From NCBI RefSeq assembly GCF_009914755.1, contig NC_060927.1: a stretch of DNA of 64,000 nt, one strand, 5' to 3'. The notes beneath the pieces were generated by a model. It made no database searches. It worked only from the letters and a program-made list of their open reading frames with translations, and was not told the origin of the DNA. Made by a program: the position numbers and the translations under genes. The stretch is from the human T2T-CHM13v2.0 reference genome, Homo sapiens. This document shows, one piece after another, positions 1 to 15,884 of the stretch (the stretch's first letter is position 1; every line of letters starts with the position of its first letter).

Positions 1-1888
1 AATGCAGAGATCAATACACTCTCTGCTGAAGACGACAGAACAAATGAATAATTTTATTTACAATGAAAGCCCCAGTCTTCAAATGGATACCACTAATGTT
101 TAAATTCATTTTCATGCTCAACTCAAGAAGAGAGATAGACACAGCACAAAGCAAAGGGAGTGGGGGTAAGGAGAAGTATTAGCCATAATGGTTCAAATTT
201 ATTTAAGCCATGAACAATAGCTGGGCTGCACTGAGACACAGGAATAAAATGTTTGCTGCAGAATTCTGAATGTGTACTCTTCAAAATGATTCTGTCACCA
301 AGAAACTCTGAAAAGCATTTTCCAGTAACAAGAAATTAATGGATTAAAGACATTCTGACATATTCTTCTAAGCGTTGCACCACAGAAGCCAAAGCCTGTT
401 CAATAGGCTTTAAACAGTGTTGGCAAGGAACAGAAGCGTTTGCTTCAGGTGGGAACAAGGAGGGACTGAAGTGGCTGTTTTGAGAATGAAGCAAACGATC
501 CTGCTTCAAAAGCGTATCTTTGGCCTCTGATTTGACAGTTCTTTTTCTTTCTCTGAAAGCTATGAAAAAGTCAGTGAGCAAAGTCATAAGAAATAAGTGT
601 TGGTGAGGGGCAGCAAAATGTTATAAGAGAGACAAGTTCAAAGATGACATTTACAAGCCTCTCATGAATGGCACACTCCCCAAAGGGCACCTGAATGCCA
701 TTTTTAAGAAGAAGTCATCAAACATACAAAATAAAATGTTCCATTTTACATAAAGATGCCAATATACTGCCCTTAAAACACAGATTGGTCCATTCACAAA
801 TTAACATGTAAAGAAATGGCAAAGAACCTTCTCCCATCTGCCATCAATTCATTCACTGCTTTTAGATTTAACTCCCTACACTCACACGCTTGTAAACAGA
901 ATTGTAATGGACAAAGGATGAAGGGGAAGCTGGGAAAACCTAGCTTGGACATGATACTGAAACATCTGGAAAAAAGTGGCGACAAGACTTGGCCTTGGGG
1001 ATGGGAAACGGGAAAAGGTGGGATTTCGGCACATCCTGTCTCTCTATTCTGTTAACTGGAACAATGCATATACTCCTGATGTTTCCAGCTTCACTTTAGA
1101 TTCAGTGAACACAGTACATTTGGATGCTAAGAAAAAAGAGATGTGCAAGAGCAGGTCTCGTCCATAGGAAGCAAAGACTCAGTGCAGACAGAAATAGGGA
1201 TGCACGTACTTTGGATATGAGGCAGACTGGGCTATGTGTTTGGTCTTGGTACCTGGAACAGAGTATGAGCTCAGTAATAAAGTACTGAATGAATCAACAT
1301 GAGAATAAGGAAGTGAGTGTCACAAACAGAGGACAGAGTTTTGTTTTGTTTTCTTCCCTAGGAGCAGGGGACAGTTATCAAAGCACTTCAGATGAAATGA
1401 AAAGCATGGGGAGGAATCTCCAGTTGAGGTGAGGGGCAGGAGAAAGTATAGTAAAGGGATAGTACAACACATATTCAGGGAACAGCCGGAAAGAAGGGAG
1501 ACTGAGCCAGTACAATGAAGGTCCTTAAAAACTATTCTAAGGAATTTGGACTTTATCCTCAAAAAACAGACATTCCTTATTGGTTGATTAACAAGGGAAG
1601 AGAAGAATGATATGGTCAGGGCTGTGGTTCAGATAAAGTTATAGGCTACATTGGAAAAGCCCAGAGGCAGGGAGACAGCATAAATCTAGATGAACCACAC
1701 CTAAGGGCTAGACTAGGGCAGGCAGGAGAGAACACTGGAGGAAGATAAAAGCCCACTCCAGACATCTCACCATTTATTTATGAAATGTTAGTGGACAGAG
1801 CTATCCACATCTTCCATTCTCAAGTCTCAGGACAAAAGACTAGAGCTTTCTGCAAGCAAAGGAGTACCTTATTAAGATGCGTCTCCCA

Positions 1889-2203
<315 letters not shown>

Positions 2204-2770
2204 TGCGTCTCCCAGTTGTAACATGGCAGAGTTTATAAAGGTAAAGTAAAATAAAAAGTTACAAAATCATCACATAAAAAGCATTGTCTGAATACACTGT
2301 CTACTGGCCCTGAGACTGTTTTAAATACTGCAGCTGTTAATTAGACTTATAGAGTATAATGATTTTAAAAAAGCTCTGGTTCTCATTGTTCTTATAATCA
2401 GAGAGGGTTGGATCCTTCTTGCTACCTTCCAAACAAACTGAAGTGTGTTAATTTTAATAAAATATTCTCCGAGCCCTTGGTATTTACTCAAATATAAAGT
2501 AACTGAGCAGGGTTCATTTCCCAAATGGTGACACCAGTGCCATCTACAAAGAAACGAGTTGTCATTCACTACTTGCTCACTATTCACTACAGATATTTTC
2601 CTAGACATAGACATTTCTACTTTTCTTGAGTTCAAACTCAGGTATGCCCTGGTTTTAGACATCACTTTTTCTGAGTTTGTTAAAAAGTCTGAAATATCAA
2701 ATTACTCTCAAGATATGAGTAAAAAAACTACAAAGCAGAGTTCATTCCATTATTAACCATTTTAAAAAGT

Positions 2771-2984
2771 GGCCAACATGGCAAAACCCCATCTCTACTA
2801 AAAATACAAAAATTAGCTCAGTGTGGTAGTGCCTGCCTGTGGTCCCAGCTACTTGGGAGGCTGTGGCATAAGAATCGGTTGAACCCGGGAGGCAGAGATT
2901 GTACTGAGCCAAGATTGTGCCACTGCAACTTAGCCTGGGCTACAGAGTGAGACTCTGCCTCAAAAGGAACAACAACAAAAAAAA
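2771..2984 (+). mobile_element. 5'-truncated AluS
   Basis: Begins GGCCAACATGGCAAAACCCCATCTCTACTAAAA, full right arm, AAAAAGTGG on both flanks. Confidence 0.88.
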
Positions 2985-4587
2985 GTGGTACATCTCTGTG
3001 ACCTCTAATTTTCATAGGAATGAGACTGAATTTAGACAAATGGATCTTGTCTAAATTCATATTTTCATCCCAGGTCCCTTTATTTCTTTTCTAAAAGTCA
3101 GTTAAAGCTGGCACCTAGAGAGAGATGGCATTTAAACCATATTCTTTTAACACCTGAATTTACAGACATTTTGCTTTAAAAAACCCCAAAGGAAAAAGCC
3201 CACTACAAACTTATAGCAAAATAAAATGTTACTTCAAGAAATTCAGGTCTTTTAAAAGATTTCAATACACAATTGGTATTAAAATTAAAAGTGCTGTTTT
3301 CTAGGGCTTTTCTAAATCATTCTAGTGTTTTTTTTTTAATAAACAGAAGAAAATAGTTTTCTAATATTATTTAGACTCATTTAAAAGAAGAGTTTTAAAT
3401 ATTAAGAAAAGCTTACATATTTACTAGAGTATTGCTTATTAGTTTTCTAAATTAATACAATTTATTTGACTAGAATTTGGATTCCAGAAATTTGGGAGTC
3501 TATAATACAATCACAATTATCTTTTGGTACATGTTTTTCTTATTTGTATTTTTTTTTTTTTAGCATACAATAGTTACGTGGCTAGAAAAGAAGCTTGTTC
3601 GTAAAGTTCTCAGGCACTTTCCACATTTTCACTGGAAAAAAAATGTAGCTTACTCTGAAAAACCTCTTGGCATATTTGTACATTCAGAATTACTAAGAAA
3701 TTCATTTCAAAGCAAAATCATGTCTCAGCGTGGAAAATACTTATTATCTGAAAATATCAAATTTTATTCTGTTGCCTTCTGCATGGCAAACTAAGTGAAG
3801 GAGGAAAGAGAAAAACATCCTGAAGAGTCCGTACAAAATTCATATGCACACAATCAGGAGTGAAACTTTTAACAACATAAAGATAACTTCCCAAGCATTT
3901 CACCAATACTTGTTATTCCCACTGCAAAAGAATAAAGCTCCTATTGAAGTCTATAGGAGGAAAGACTACAACTCAGTGGTCAGAGGGAAATAAAACAACT
4001 CCACCAATGACACTGGTCAATGATCTGCAAGCTGGTATTTTTCCCAAGAGAAAATGCTATTTCAGGTCCTAATATTTTTTAAAAAAAATTTGTAAGTGTA
4101 TCTATAATATAAATTTAATTAAAACGCACAACTTGAATGATCTCCAAGAGGTAAAGCAACAAAGTCAGTCTCAAATCCTCACATATCTTACTTCCACATC
4201 ACAAAGGCACCACTCAATCTACTATTAAAATTCACAACAGATAAGCTGAAAACCAAGTGCCCGTGATATTCACTGGGCTCATTTTAGAAGCACCTATTTA
4301 TTTACTCAGCTATGGTAGTGAAAAGGTCAAGCAAAAATTCACCTCCAAAGCCACGGTTGCTAAGCAACTCTCCTCAGAAGTTCTGCAACATTGATCAAGC
4401 ATATTACTGGTGCCACCAACTGGATTCAGAATAAATATGAGTAACATCTTACCTGGTGTCTCCGAAGTGGGAGGGAGATGGATTCTTTATTTACCTTTTT
4501 GGACAGACTGGAGGCCAATCTTGTATTTATATTCATTTGGCTGGTTAGGCTCAGAAGACTTTTATTTTCCCTCTCCAAAAAAAAAAA

Positions 4588-4597
4588 GAAAGGATAC
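4588..4597 (-). promoter_or_regulatory. U12-type (minor spliceosome) 5' splice site of FHIT intron 5
   Basis: Intron starts GTATCCTTTC, an exact match to the U12 consensus RTATCCTTT and a poor match to U2 GTRAGT. Confidence 0.9.
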
Positions 4598-4700
4598 GTC
4601 CTGGTACCACAGGTTTCCTATTCACAAGAGCGAAGGACAGTTCTGTTTTGAGAAACACTACAGAGGGCTTGATGAGATGTTGGCCAAATCTGAACGACAT
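4598..4700 (-). CDS. FHIT: FHIT coding part of exon 5 (first coding exon, codons 1-34 plus 1 nt; diadenosine triphosphate hydrolase, HIT family)
   Basis: Minus-strand translation from ATG at 4700 gives [34 protein letters not shown], the recognised N-terminus of human Fhit; 103 coding nt end at a GT donor (phase 1). Confidence 0.97.
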
Positions 4701-4717
4701 GTCCTCACAGTTGAAGT
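4598..4717 (-). other. FHIT: FHIT exon 5 (120 nt: 17 nt 5'UTR + 103 nt CDS)
   Basis: Acceptor tgtcttttcttttag|ACTTCAACTGTGAGGACATG (AG at 4719-4718); donor GGAC|gtatcctttc (GT at 4597-4596). Confidence 0.93.
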
Positions 4718-4745
4718 CTAAAAGAAAAGACAATGGATAGTTATA
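4718..4745 (-). promoter_or_regulatory. U2-type 3' splice site and polypyrimidine tract of FHIT intron 4
   Basis: Minus strand ...ataactatccattgtcttttcttttag; no canonical TTCCTTAAC U12 branch site 10-20 nt from the AG. Confidence 0.8.
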
Positions 4746-5523
4746 AAATTCAATTAAGAAACTCAGTTCATATACCACCTTAAAGAAAGCAAATTCCATT
4801 ACTACAGATTCTTAGTTGCAGAGAGGATGCCATTGAAATTGTTCCTCATTGAATGTTCACCAAGATGCATTCTGGGAAAGTCTTTCTAAAATACTCCACT
4901 CTCCCTACCAGTGTTTCCTTGATTAGAGTTAGCAATTTTCAAGCAGAAGCTTCCACGTGGACAATAAAACAGTTTTTCCCCTTCACTCCCTCTGCACTTC
5001 ACGGTGCCACCTTAACTCAAATCCACAAGGCCCTATTTGTCAGCTACTTATTTTTACCCATCTATTTTGTCATGTCTGCTAAGCTGAAAATTTTCATTAA
5101 GTATTAACTATAAACCTTCTAATTCTTAAATGCTTCTCTCAAATGGTTTTGTGTTCATATAATAGCAATTTAGAACAAGTACGAACACTGTCTGACCTTG
5201 CCTACAATTACAAAAACATGAGCACTTCCAGAGAACTATTCTAGTAAAATCTCCAAAATAAAGGAGAAAAAAAACATTTAAAAAGAAGGAAGGAGCAAAA
5301 CGGAGTTCAAAACTAGAACAATTCCTGGTTGTAATAGGGCCACAAAGCAGCAAGGTACCTGAAATGTTCTGCGTCTTCCTTTTGAGGGAAAGCCATGGGG
5401 GGCCGGGGGCAGGAAAGGGAGGCTGAAGGGAATTTGGCAAATGGCACAGCTGAGACAAGCCAAATCCATCTAGCACCAAGGAATGACTTTTCAATCAGGT
5501 GGATGCCAATACATGACAAAGTT

Positions 5524-5567
5524 ACTTTGTGAATGACTAAGACACACTTTGTGAATGACTAAGAAAC
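5524..5567. repeat. 22-bp tandem duplication
   Basis: ACTTTGTGAATGACTAAGACAC followed by ACTTTGTGAATGACTAAGAAAC. Confidence 0.9.
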
Positions 5568-5700
5568 ACCATCCCTAGAAAACTACTTCATTTTTCTAAT
5601 TCGGGAACAGCCTAGTATGAAACTGAGGAACATGGATCAATCTACAGAAAAACAGAGAAAGGATTACAAAAAGGATGAAATTAGAAAATAGTTGGCTATT

Positions 5701-5876
5701 TGTGATACTGTGAAATATGCATTTGGTTTTCAACCCCATTTCCTGGCACGCAACTCCTAAAATCCTTAGAAACTCCAAAGTGATGTCTTTTTGTATGCTA
5801 ATGATTGACTGGTGTCTAGCAGCCTCTAAGAGTCTAGGTAGCTTCAGGATGGGGTTGATCACAAGAAGGACCAAGC
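5701..5876 (+). mobile_element. MER21-type LTR, 5' part (interrupted by L1PA)
   Basis: Starts TGTGATACTGTGAAATAT...CAACTCCTAAAATCCTTAG...GGTAGCTTCAGGATGGGG, matching recalled MER21B consensus. Confidence 0.75.
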
Positions 5877-5880
5877 ACAC

Positions 5881-7740
<1,860 letters not shown>

Positions 7741-8425
7741 AAGAACCAAAGCAGGATTATAGGGCCAGAACATTCAGCCCCACTCCTCAATCTCCCAGGA
7801 AGAGAGAGGGGCTGAAGGTGAAGTTGATCACCAATGGTCAACAGTTTAATCGGTCATGTTTACATAATGAAGCCTCTGTAAAAACCCAGAAGAACAGGTT
7901 TAGGGAGCTTCTGGATAGCTGAACACGCAGAAGTTCCTGAAGGATGGCTCGCCCTGGGAGAGCATGGAAGTTCCATGCTCTTTCCCCCATACCTCACCTT
8001 ATGCATCTTTTCATCAGTATCCTTTGTAATATTTGCTGTGATAAACTGGTAAACTTAAGTATTTCCCTGAATTCTTTGAGTTGTTCAAGCAAATTGATTG
8101 AACTCAAAGAAGGGACCATGGGGTCCCTGATTTATAGTCAGTTGGAAGTTCCAGAGGCCCAGACTTGCAACTGGTGTCTGAAAGTCAGGTGACAGTCTCA
8201 TGGCATTGAGCCCTCAACCTGTGGAATCTGAGGCTATCTCCAGGTACGTAACATCCAAATTCTTCTGAAATGAATCAAAGGACATCCAGCTGGTGTCCGC
8301 TGCTTTGTGTGTTGGGGGGAAAGAAACCCCACACATTTGGTCACAGTAGTAGTCTTTGCTGATTGTTGTTGCTGGTGTGAAAGCAGAAGAAAAACATGTT
8401 GAGTGTATTTTTTTCCTTATTTTAT
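7741..8425 (+). mobile_element. MER21-type LTR, 3' part
   Basis: Resumes GCAGGATTA...GGGGCTGAAGGTGAAGTTGATCACCAATGG...GAGCTTCTGGATAGCTGAACACG directly after the L1 tail. Confidence 0.75.
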
Positions 8426-8639
8426 ATAGCACATGAATAATGCATGATTGTTTAATGATTCTAATATTCTCAATGACACAGAAGACAGAGAGCTGTGCAA
8501 ATGTCACTTACTATGGACACACCCACATAGCCAGAACTGTACACATTTCAGGTACTAAAGAAATAAGATAGGAAGGTTTGCCCCAGTGGTACAAGATAAT
8601 GGTTTTTAGAACATTTACAACCAGCTCATTAAAAACCCA

Positions 8640-8806
8640 ACAGTTCTCAAGGTGACGTCCCTCCACAATAGCATCAGCATCACTTGGGAACTTATTAGAA
8701 ATGCAAATTTTGAGGCCCCACCCCAGACCTACTGAACCAGAAACTCTGGGACAAGGGCCCAGCAATCAAGGCTTCCATAGCTGTCCAGGTGTTTCAGAAC
8801 CACTGA
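8640..8806 (+). mobile_element. MER5A (hAT-Charlie MITE)
   Basis: AGCATCAGCATCACTTGGGAACTTATTAGAAATGCAAATT...CCCCAGACCTACTGAACCAGAAACTCTGGG. Confidence 0.8.
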
Positions 8807-9189
8807 CCAAACCCAACTATCCTCCCAATCCTTGGGCCTTTTCCTACAGAATTCCTGCCAAATGGCTGCCTAGCATATGCTTGAATATGTCCAGTGATGG
8901 GAAGTTCATCACACATTCCTCCTAAGACAGTCAACTCTACAAATAACATAGTTGCTCTTTATACCAAGTCCATCTGTTTTTCATGACTTTATTCCTTGGG
9001 ATCATATAAAACAAGTATCATGCAAGTGGCAGTGCTTCAGATATTTGGAGTTAGCTATTTTTCATTTTTTCTTGTTTTTCAAGAATAAAGATGGCAAATC
9101 ACATCCACCATTCTACAAACAGCATTGATTCAAGTGACCTGTGATTATTTCCCTCCCCAGAATCTACTTCCTTAGAGTCTTAGCTGTAC

Positions 9190-9660
9190 CACTTTGATTT
9201 TTTGCTTTTAGTAACACCCCACCATATTCTACATGTGGGGCTATTCGTACTACCTGGTTCTAGGGATGGGCAAGTGACCCAGGCACCCATAGTCCTTTGA
9301 CATATGATTGGTTCGGGAGTGGACACAGGACACAAAATGAGCCAATCAAAGGCAAGGACATCCTTCAGAGTAATACTGCTATTAGTAACAATGCCACTTT
9401 CTTTCAACTGAGTTGCCAAACTGGTAGACTATGAACCTGAAACAGCTACGAGTTTTCCTAAAAAAGAGCTGGCTTGATGTGAGAGCCAATACTAAGGCAA
9501 AGACAGTGAAGACACAGAGACCCATACCTGATGACACTGTCTGAGCACATGGATCTAACATTGCCAGAAGAAGTCATGTACCAGAAGTTTCTTTCAGGAT
9601 AATGGAATAGAATTGACTTAGCACAGGCTCTACTTGATGAGCTACTATTATCATGAGCCC
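9190..9660 (+). mobile_element. Old MaLR LTR (MLT1K-like) remnant
   Basis: GGGATGGGCAAGTGACCCAGG, GATTGGTTCGGGAGTGGACAC, GAGCCAATCA, CCTGATGACACTGTCTGAGC motifs. Confidence 0.5.
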
Positions 9661-10824
9661 ATGAAAGGCTCTTCTTTTTCTTTTCACTTTTCCAATCATT
9701 TTCCTTTTTGTCCTCTGTGTTCAGTCCCATTCCCTCCCTTCCCACCACAGAAATTCACTTTTTCATAATTAATGTATTATTCAGAATCCTCTTTACATGT
9801 TTGTGTACATACATTTTTTGTCAAAAATACACAGGGCCCTTATACATAATTTTTAAATTTGTATATAAATTGTAGGTTTTAAATCCCATTCTTCTGTATT
9901 CTCTCAACATTGTTTTAGAAATTTATCCATGTTGCCATAAACAATTCCTTCACTGCATTCCACTGTAGTATTCCTTGCCCATTCCTCTAGTGCTGTAGAG
10001 CTAGCTTGATTACAACCTTTTACCACAAGTTACACTGTGACTACCATTCTTACACGTTTCCCTGGATTCCTATCTTAGCATCCCATTGTTGGGATTCAGG
10101 TCAGATACTTACTTAGATTTTCTAAAATATATGCACCAGCTTGCACGCCCAGCAGCAATACATTAGGATTTCTATTTTCCTACATCCTTACCAGCACTTG
10201 ATAGTACTTCCTGCTTTCCAAGTTTTTAATTATTGAATGGTAAAATGGCGTCTCTTCCTTTTACTTCATTTGTCTCTAATAGTGTGATGTGTGTGTATAT
10301 GCATGTTTCTCTTCTTATGAATTGCCAATTCATATACTTTGTCCTCTTTCATATTGCTTTCCTCCCTTCAATTTTCTAATTTTGTAGAGTCCCTTGTATA
10401 TTCTAAATATTGATCATGGTCTATTAAACACAATAATTATATTTTCACCATCTATTAATTTCTCTATCGTTCCCTCCATTGAACAGAAATCATTCATTTT
10501 GATGTATTCCAAGTCCATCAATTTTCTTTTTATAGTTTGTGCTCTGCAAATCTCTCCGAACAAATCCCTCTCTACCATAAGTTTGCAAATATATATATTC
10601 CTATATTTTCTTCTATCGACTTTATATTTTCATCCTTAACATTTAGGTATTTATTCCACTTGGAACTTTGTTTATAGTATGAAATACAGAAACGGCTTCA
10701 TTTTTCTTTTTGTGAGCCAATTTTCCTAGTACCAATTCCTGGGAATGATTACAGTAAGTTCCCATATATACACAGGAATAAGTCTAGACTCCTTTCTATT
10801 CTGCTTCAGAGCCAGACGCTGTAG

Positions 10825-11030
10825 AACAGAGGTCGCACATTTTTGCACATTTTTTTTTTCTGTAAAGGACCAGACACAGCAGGCCACACAGTGTCTGTTG
10901 CAATTACTCAACTTTGTCATGGCAGCATGAAAGCAGTATGAGTAGGCGTGGCTGTGCCCCAGTAAAACTTTATTTGAAAAAACAGGCAGCAGCCCAGATT
11001 TGGTTTATAGGGGGAGTTTGCCAGCTCCTG
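10825..11030 (+). mobile_element. MER58A
   Basis: TTTTCTGTAAAGGACCAGA...TACTCAACT...CAGCATGAAAGCAG...AGTAAAACTTTATTTGAAAAAACAGGC...AGTTTGCCAGCTCCTG. Confidence 0.75.
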
Positions 11031-11478
11031 CTGTATCTTGTTAATGTCTAAAGAAAAACAGAGATCCTCTTTCTGTATTTATTATCCCATATAAATTTTA
11101 GCCTCCACTCTGCCCCTTTCAAAAAAAAATTCTTAGATGTTGATTAGACTGAATTTAAATTGTAAGACGGGTGAGGGGAATGTGACATCTTCAAAATATT
11201 CAACGAAGCCATTTATGAATGCTGCATTTATGCTCTTTAATACCATAATAAAACTCTTGTAATAGAGTTTTAAATTTCCCTTATACGTTTTATGCATTCT
11301 ATCTTAGATTTATTCCTAGATAGCTTTTAGTTTATGTCACTATTATAAATGGTATCTTATTATTGTCATAGTTTATAATTAGTTACTCCCAATACAGCAG
11401 AAAGCTATTGATTTTTCTACGTTCTTATAGCTGGCAATCTAGCTGAACTCTTGCATTGCTTCTAATGGTTTCTGCTGA

Positions 11479-11811
<333 letters not shown>

Positions 11812-12339
11812 CTTCTCTTTGTTTTTATATATATGATTTCACTTAGAAATAATGATAATCATATCTTTCATGGCAATTTTCCTACTTTCATGTTTCTTTG
11901 TCGTACTGCATTGGTCAGGTATGTGGTAATGTATTGAGAAGCAGAAGTAACACAGGGATCCTTTTCTTGTTCCTGACCTTAAGAGGGCTGAGTTTAAACT
12001 TCTTTTTTTTTGTATTATGAATGATGTCTACTCTAGGTTTTTAATATGAAGCCTTTAATCAAGCTAAAAATATCCCTTCTATTTCAAGTTTTCTAAGGGT
12101 TGATACCTTTTTTTAAAAAAAATTGGTTTTATGAAATGCTTTTCCTATATCACTGATGACACAATTGCTTGTTCCGTGCCATTAATGTGGCAAACTACAT
12201 TAGCAAATTTAAAAATAATAATTCACTATTCTTTCCCTATTATGATTAATTCAACTCCGTCACAAGGTATTATTTTTTAATATACTGCTAGATTTGAATT
12301 CTTAGCCTTTTGAATGTCATAAGTGAAGTTGGCCAATAA

Positions 12340-12756
<417 letters not shown>

Positions 12757-15700
12757 TAAACAAAACTCTTTTGTCAAACTGTGTCTTTTTCTCCTGTGCC
12801 AGAAAGGACTAAGTTTTGACAATCATTACAATTTATTGTTTTCTGATTTACTTTTTTTTTTTCTTGTATCAATTTCTTAGCCATATATCCTTTTCACATA
12901 ATACTGGTAAAAACTTATATTCTTTTTACTGGATTTAAAAATATAATCTGTAATTATCTCTTTTACCTATTTCGTATTGTGTTTATCATGGTACATGGAG
13001 ATGTTTTTTCTTCATCTGTTATTCAAAAGTAAGATCTATCCTATGAAGTTTTTTAAATAATGAACTTCTGGTTCTTTGGCTTTTATGAATTATTTTTACT
13101 TTATTACCACATTTGTATTTATTTCCTCTGATTTGTTTTCCTTTATTGTTTCTTTGGATTTACTATGTTGCAGTTTTTCTAGTTACTTGAGTCAAACCTT
13201 GGGCTTATAGGATTCCAGACTTAGTGTTTTTCTCTTGGGTAACAAAAGCTATATATTGCCGTGAAAGTATTCCATTAGCTCTATCTCTCACCTACTGTGC
13301 TTTTATTATCACTCCACTCTAAAACTTTGCTATTCTTGTTATTATTTCCTATTTAACCTGAGGGTTATTTCATAGTATGTCTTTTCATATCCAGATATAT
13401 AGGATGTTTTTGCTATCTTTTTGTTAACAGTGTCTGATTTTATAGCACTGTTGTTAAGAGAACCTCTAAGCTGTTGATTTTTTAGAATTTGAGGCTTCCT
13501 GACTCATTGAAAGTTGAAGCTTGTGTCTAATCCACATGCCCTCTGAAATAAAGTATGCTCTGCTTTTGTTGAATAAGTTCTATATACATGAGACATCAAA
13601 TTGTTATCCAAATCTCTCTTTTTGTCTCATTGCTTCATTGGTTTCTGAGAGGACTGTTTTAAATTTCTAACTATATTTGCTAAATCAATGTCTAACGCCA
13701 TAAATTATTGTTTTCTGTACCTCAAAGCTACATTACTACATGTGGATATGTTCCTATTCATTTCACTCCCTTGGTCTTCTTATTCCTTTTTCTTCTTTGT
13801 ATTTGACAAGTATAAATTTTTCCATCACCTTACATTAGCGTGTGTTCTCTTGAATTTTTTTTTAATAAAATACTATAGCATCTTGTTTTCTATCCATTAA
13901 AGAATCTGCTGGATAAGTTTAATCACTACACATTTACACTAATTATTCTTTGAGCTTATTTCAGATATTTTATCTTTTCGTTTGTTTCACTTCACTTTTT
14001 CTCCTGTCTACCTTCCACGGGTTAAGTCTGGTTTTTCTCTCCCCATGAGTATGAAAATTACACATTCTATTTTTATTTCAGTAGTGGTTATTCGTGTTCT
14101 TATCCTATCCATACTAATGCTTAGTGTTTAAAAGCAGATCAGGATCTTTATCCTTAGTATATTCCTACCTCCTTTCATCTCTTCCAGATATCATATCCCA
14201 TCTTCGTCATGTCCTAACTTTTATGCTGAATTGATATTGTTATAATTTCAAATAATGCTTTATATGCTTTTTTACCCACCATCCCTCTCTCCCCACTTAC
14301 TCTACTGATTGTATTTTCATTTGTCTTGTTTACAAAGATGTAAGGACATTCCCTTCTCACAGGCAGCTGTGGGCTCCAGCACCACCTGCTTCTTTTGAAT
14401 CTTACTTTCCCTTTCTGGCCTTTAGTCCTCCCTTTTCCTCAAAACTAGGCTACACTTTTGAGTGGATAAAGAGTCTCAGCTCTGCCACTCTCTTCCTGAT
14501 CTTCCAGAATTCACTGAACCTTCTAATCCTCAGACATCTCATTTGAAAATAGTAGATAATGAAGTACACAAAGCATGTCTCGTTGTCTGCCACATGATGT
14601 AGGTACCCTTAAATACTAATAGTTTTCTCTCTTTCCCTACCCAAATCTAAGTCTACCTCTTTTTTAATTGTGGTAAAAATCCTCCCCATATATGCTGCTA
14701 GTACACCTATTTCTTCAAGTTTTAATTTCAATGAAGAAGAAAAATATTCTAGGAACTCTAAAAGGGACAAAAGCATTAAAAAGATTAAGAGTCAATAGAG
14801 TTTGATGGGAAAATTTGTGCATCTCCAGGATCTGAAACTGTCTCCAAGACTGAGATAAATATTAAATACTTTCCTCTCACATAAAAATGGCAGAAAGCAA
14901 TTTTATTTTCAGATAAGTAAAATTGCTGAATCTTTCTACCAAATATAAAGACTAGATGTACCAATATTCTGTGGAATTTTCCAGGGAAAATCATCTTCAG
15001 GGAACTGCTTCTTAGCAAATATGGAGATGGTGGCTTCTGTAAGCCAGAGAAGCAAATACTGGATTAGGAACCTCAGTCCAAGGTTTAGACCCTTAGACTT
15101 GTAGTGAGCATTAGCCAAGAAGGAAATACAAGGAACTTGGTTTACTCTAGAAATGGTAATTGAACCCTACTCTCTCTTTATAAACAAACAGAAGTAGATA
15201 CATAAATGAAAAAAAAGGTCTCACATTTCTAGCCGATTACTTTCTTCTTTATTTTTTTGGTGAAAACTTCTTTTATTTGGGACTAAAAATATATGATTTC
15301 AACATTCTTAAATGAGTCTCCATTTCCCACTTTTCAGCCATAAAAGGTAGCCTCTTGCTACCTCTCTCTTATGACATATTTGTACCCTCTCTACCTCCTA
15401 TAAACTACCTTTACATCTGCATCTCCTACAATTCTCGCCAGCTGGTAGCATAACACTTTTAGAGCTTTATCTTTAAAATTTAATAAACATAAAAGAAACA
15501 ATGAAAAGATCTCTACTATCCTTTTGTGTGTGACTCAGTGGATGTGTTCAGTCATTTTTTTGACAGGGCTAGATAGGCAACCTAACTTGTAGTAGAGTAA
15601 GGTTCAGTGACACGAAAGCAAATGCAGGCCCCAAACTGGGAAATCTCCAAGCTGTGAACAGGAGCTGACAATAGCTCACTTCAGGGTAGGGCAGATTCTT

Positions 15701-15762
15701 TTTCCGGATTTGCTTTCAAATGTTATGTTAACATCCAACTAAAGTAACGAAATCTCTTTTGG

Positions 15763-15880
15763 TATTGCCAAAAGAGATTCACATTTGAGTCAGTGGGCTG
15801 GGGAAGGAAGATCCACCCTTAATCTGGTGGGCACAATCTAATCAGCTGGCAGTGGATATAAAGCAGGCAGAAAAAAAGGA
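15763..15880 (+). mobile_element. Internal fragment of MLT2A (ERVL LTR)
   Basis: TTGCCAAAAGAGATTCACATTTGAGTCAGTGGGCTGGGGAAGGAAGATCCACCCTTAATCTGGTGGGCACAATCTAATCAGCTG...TATAAAGCAGGCAG matches recalled MLT2A consensus. Confidence 0.75.
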
Positions 15881-15881
15881 G

Positions 15882-15884
<3 letters not shown>

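Noticed and set aside
4701-4799. N-terminal extension of ORF 4551-4799 upstream of MSFRF
   Set aside because: Crosses the intron 4 acceptor; the real start is the ATG at 4700.
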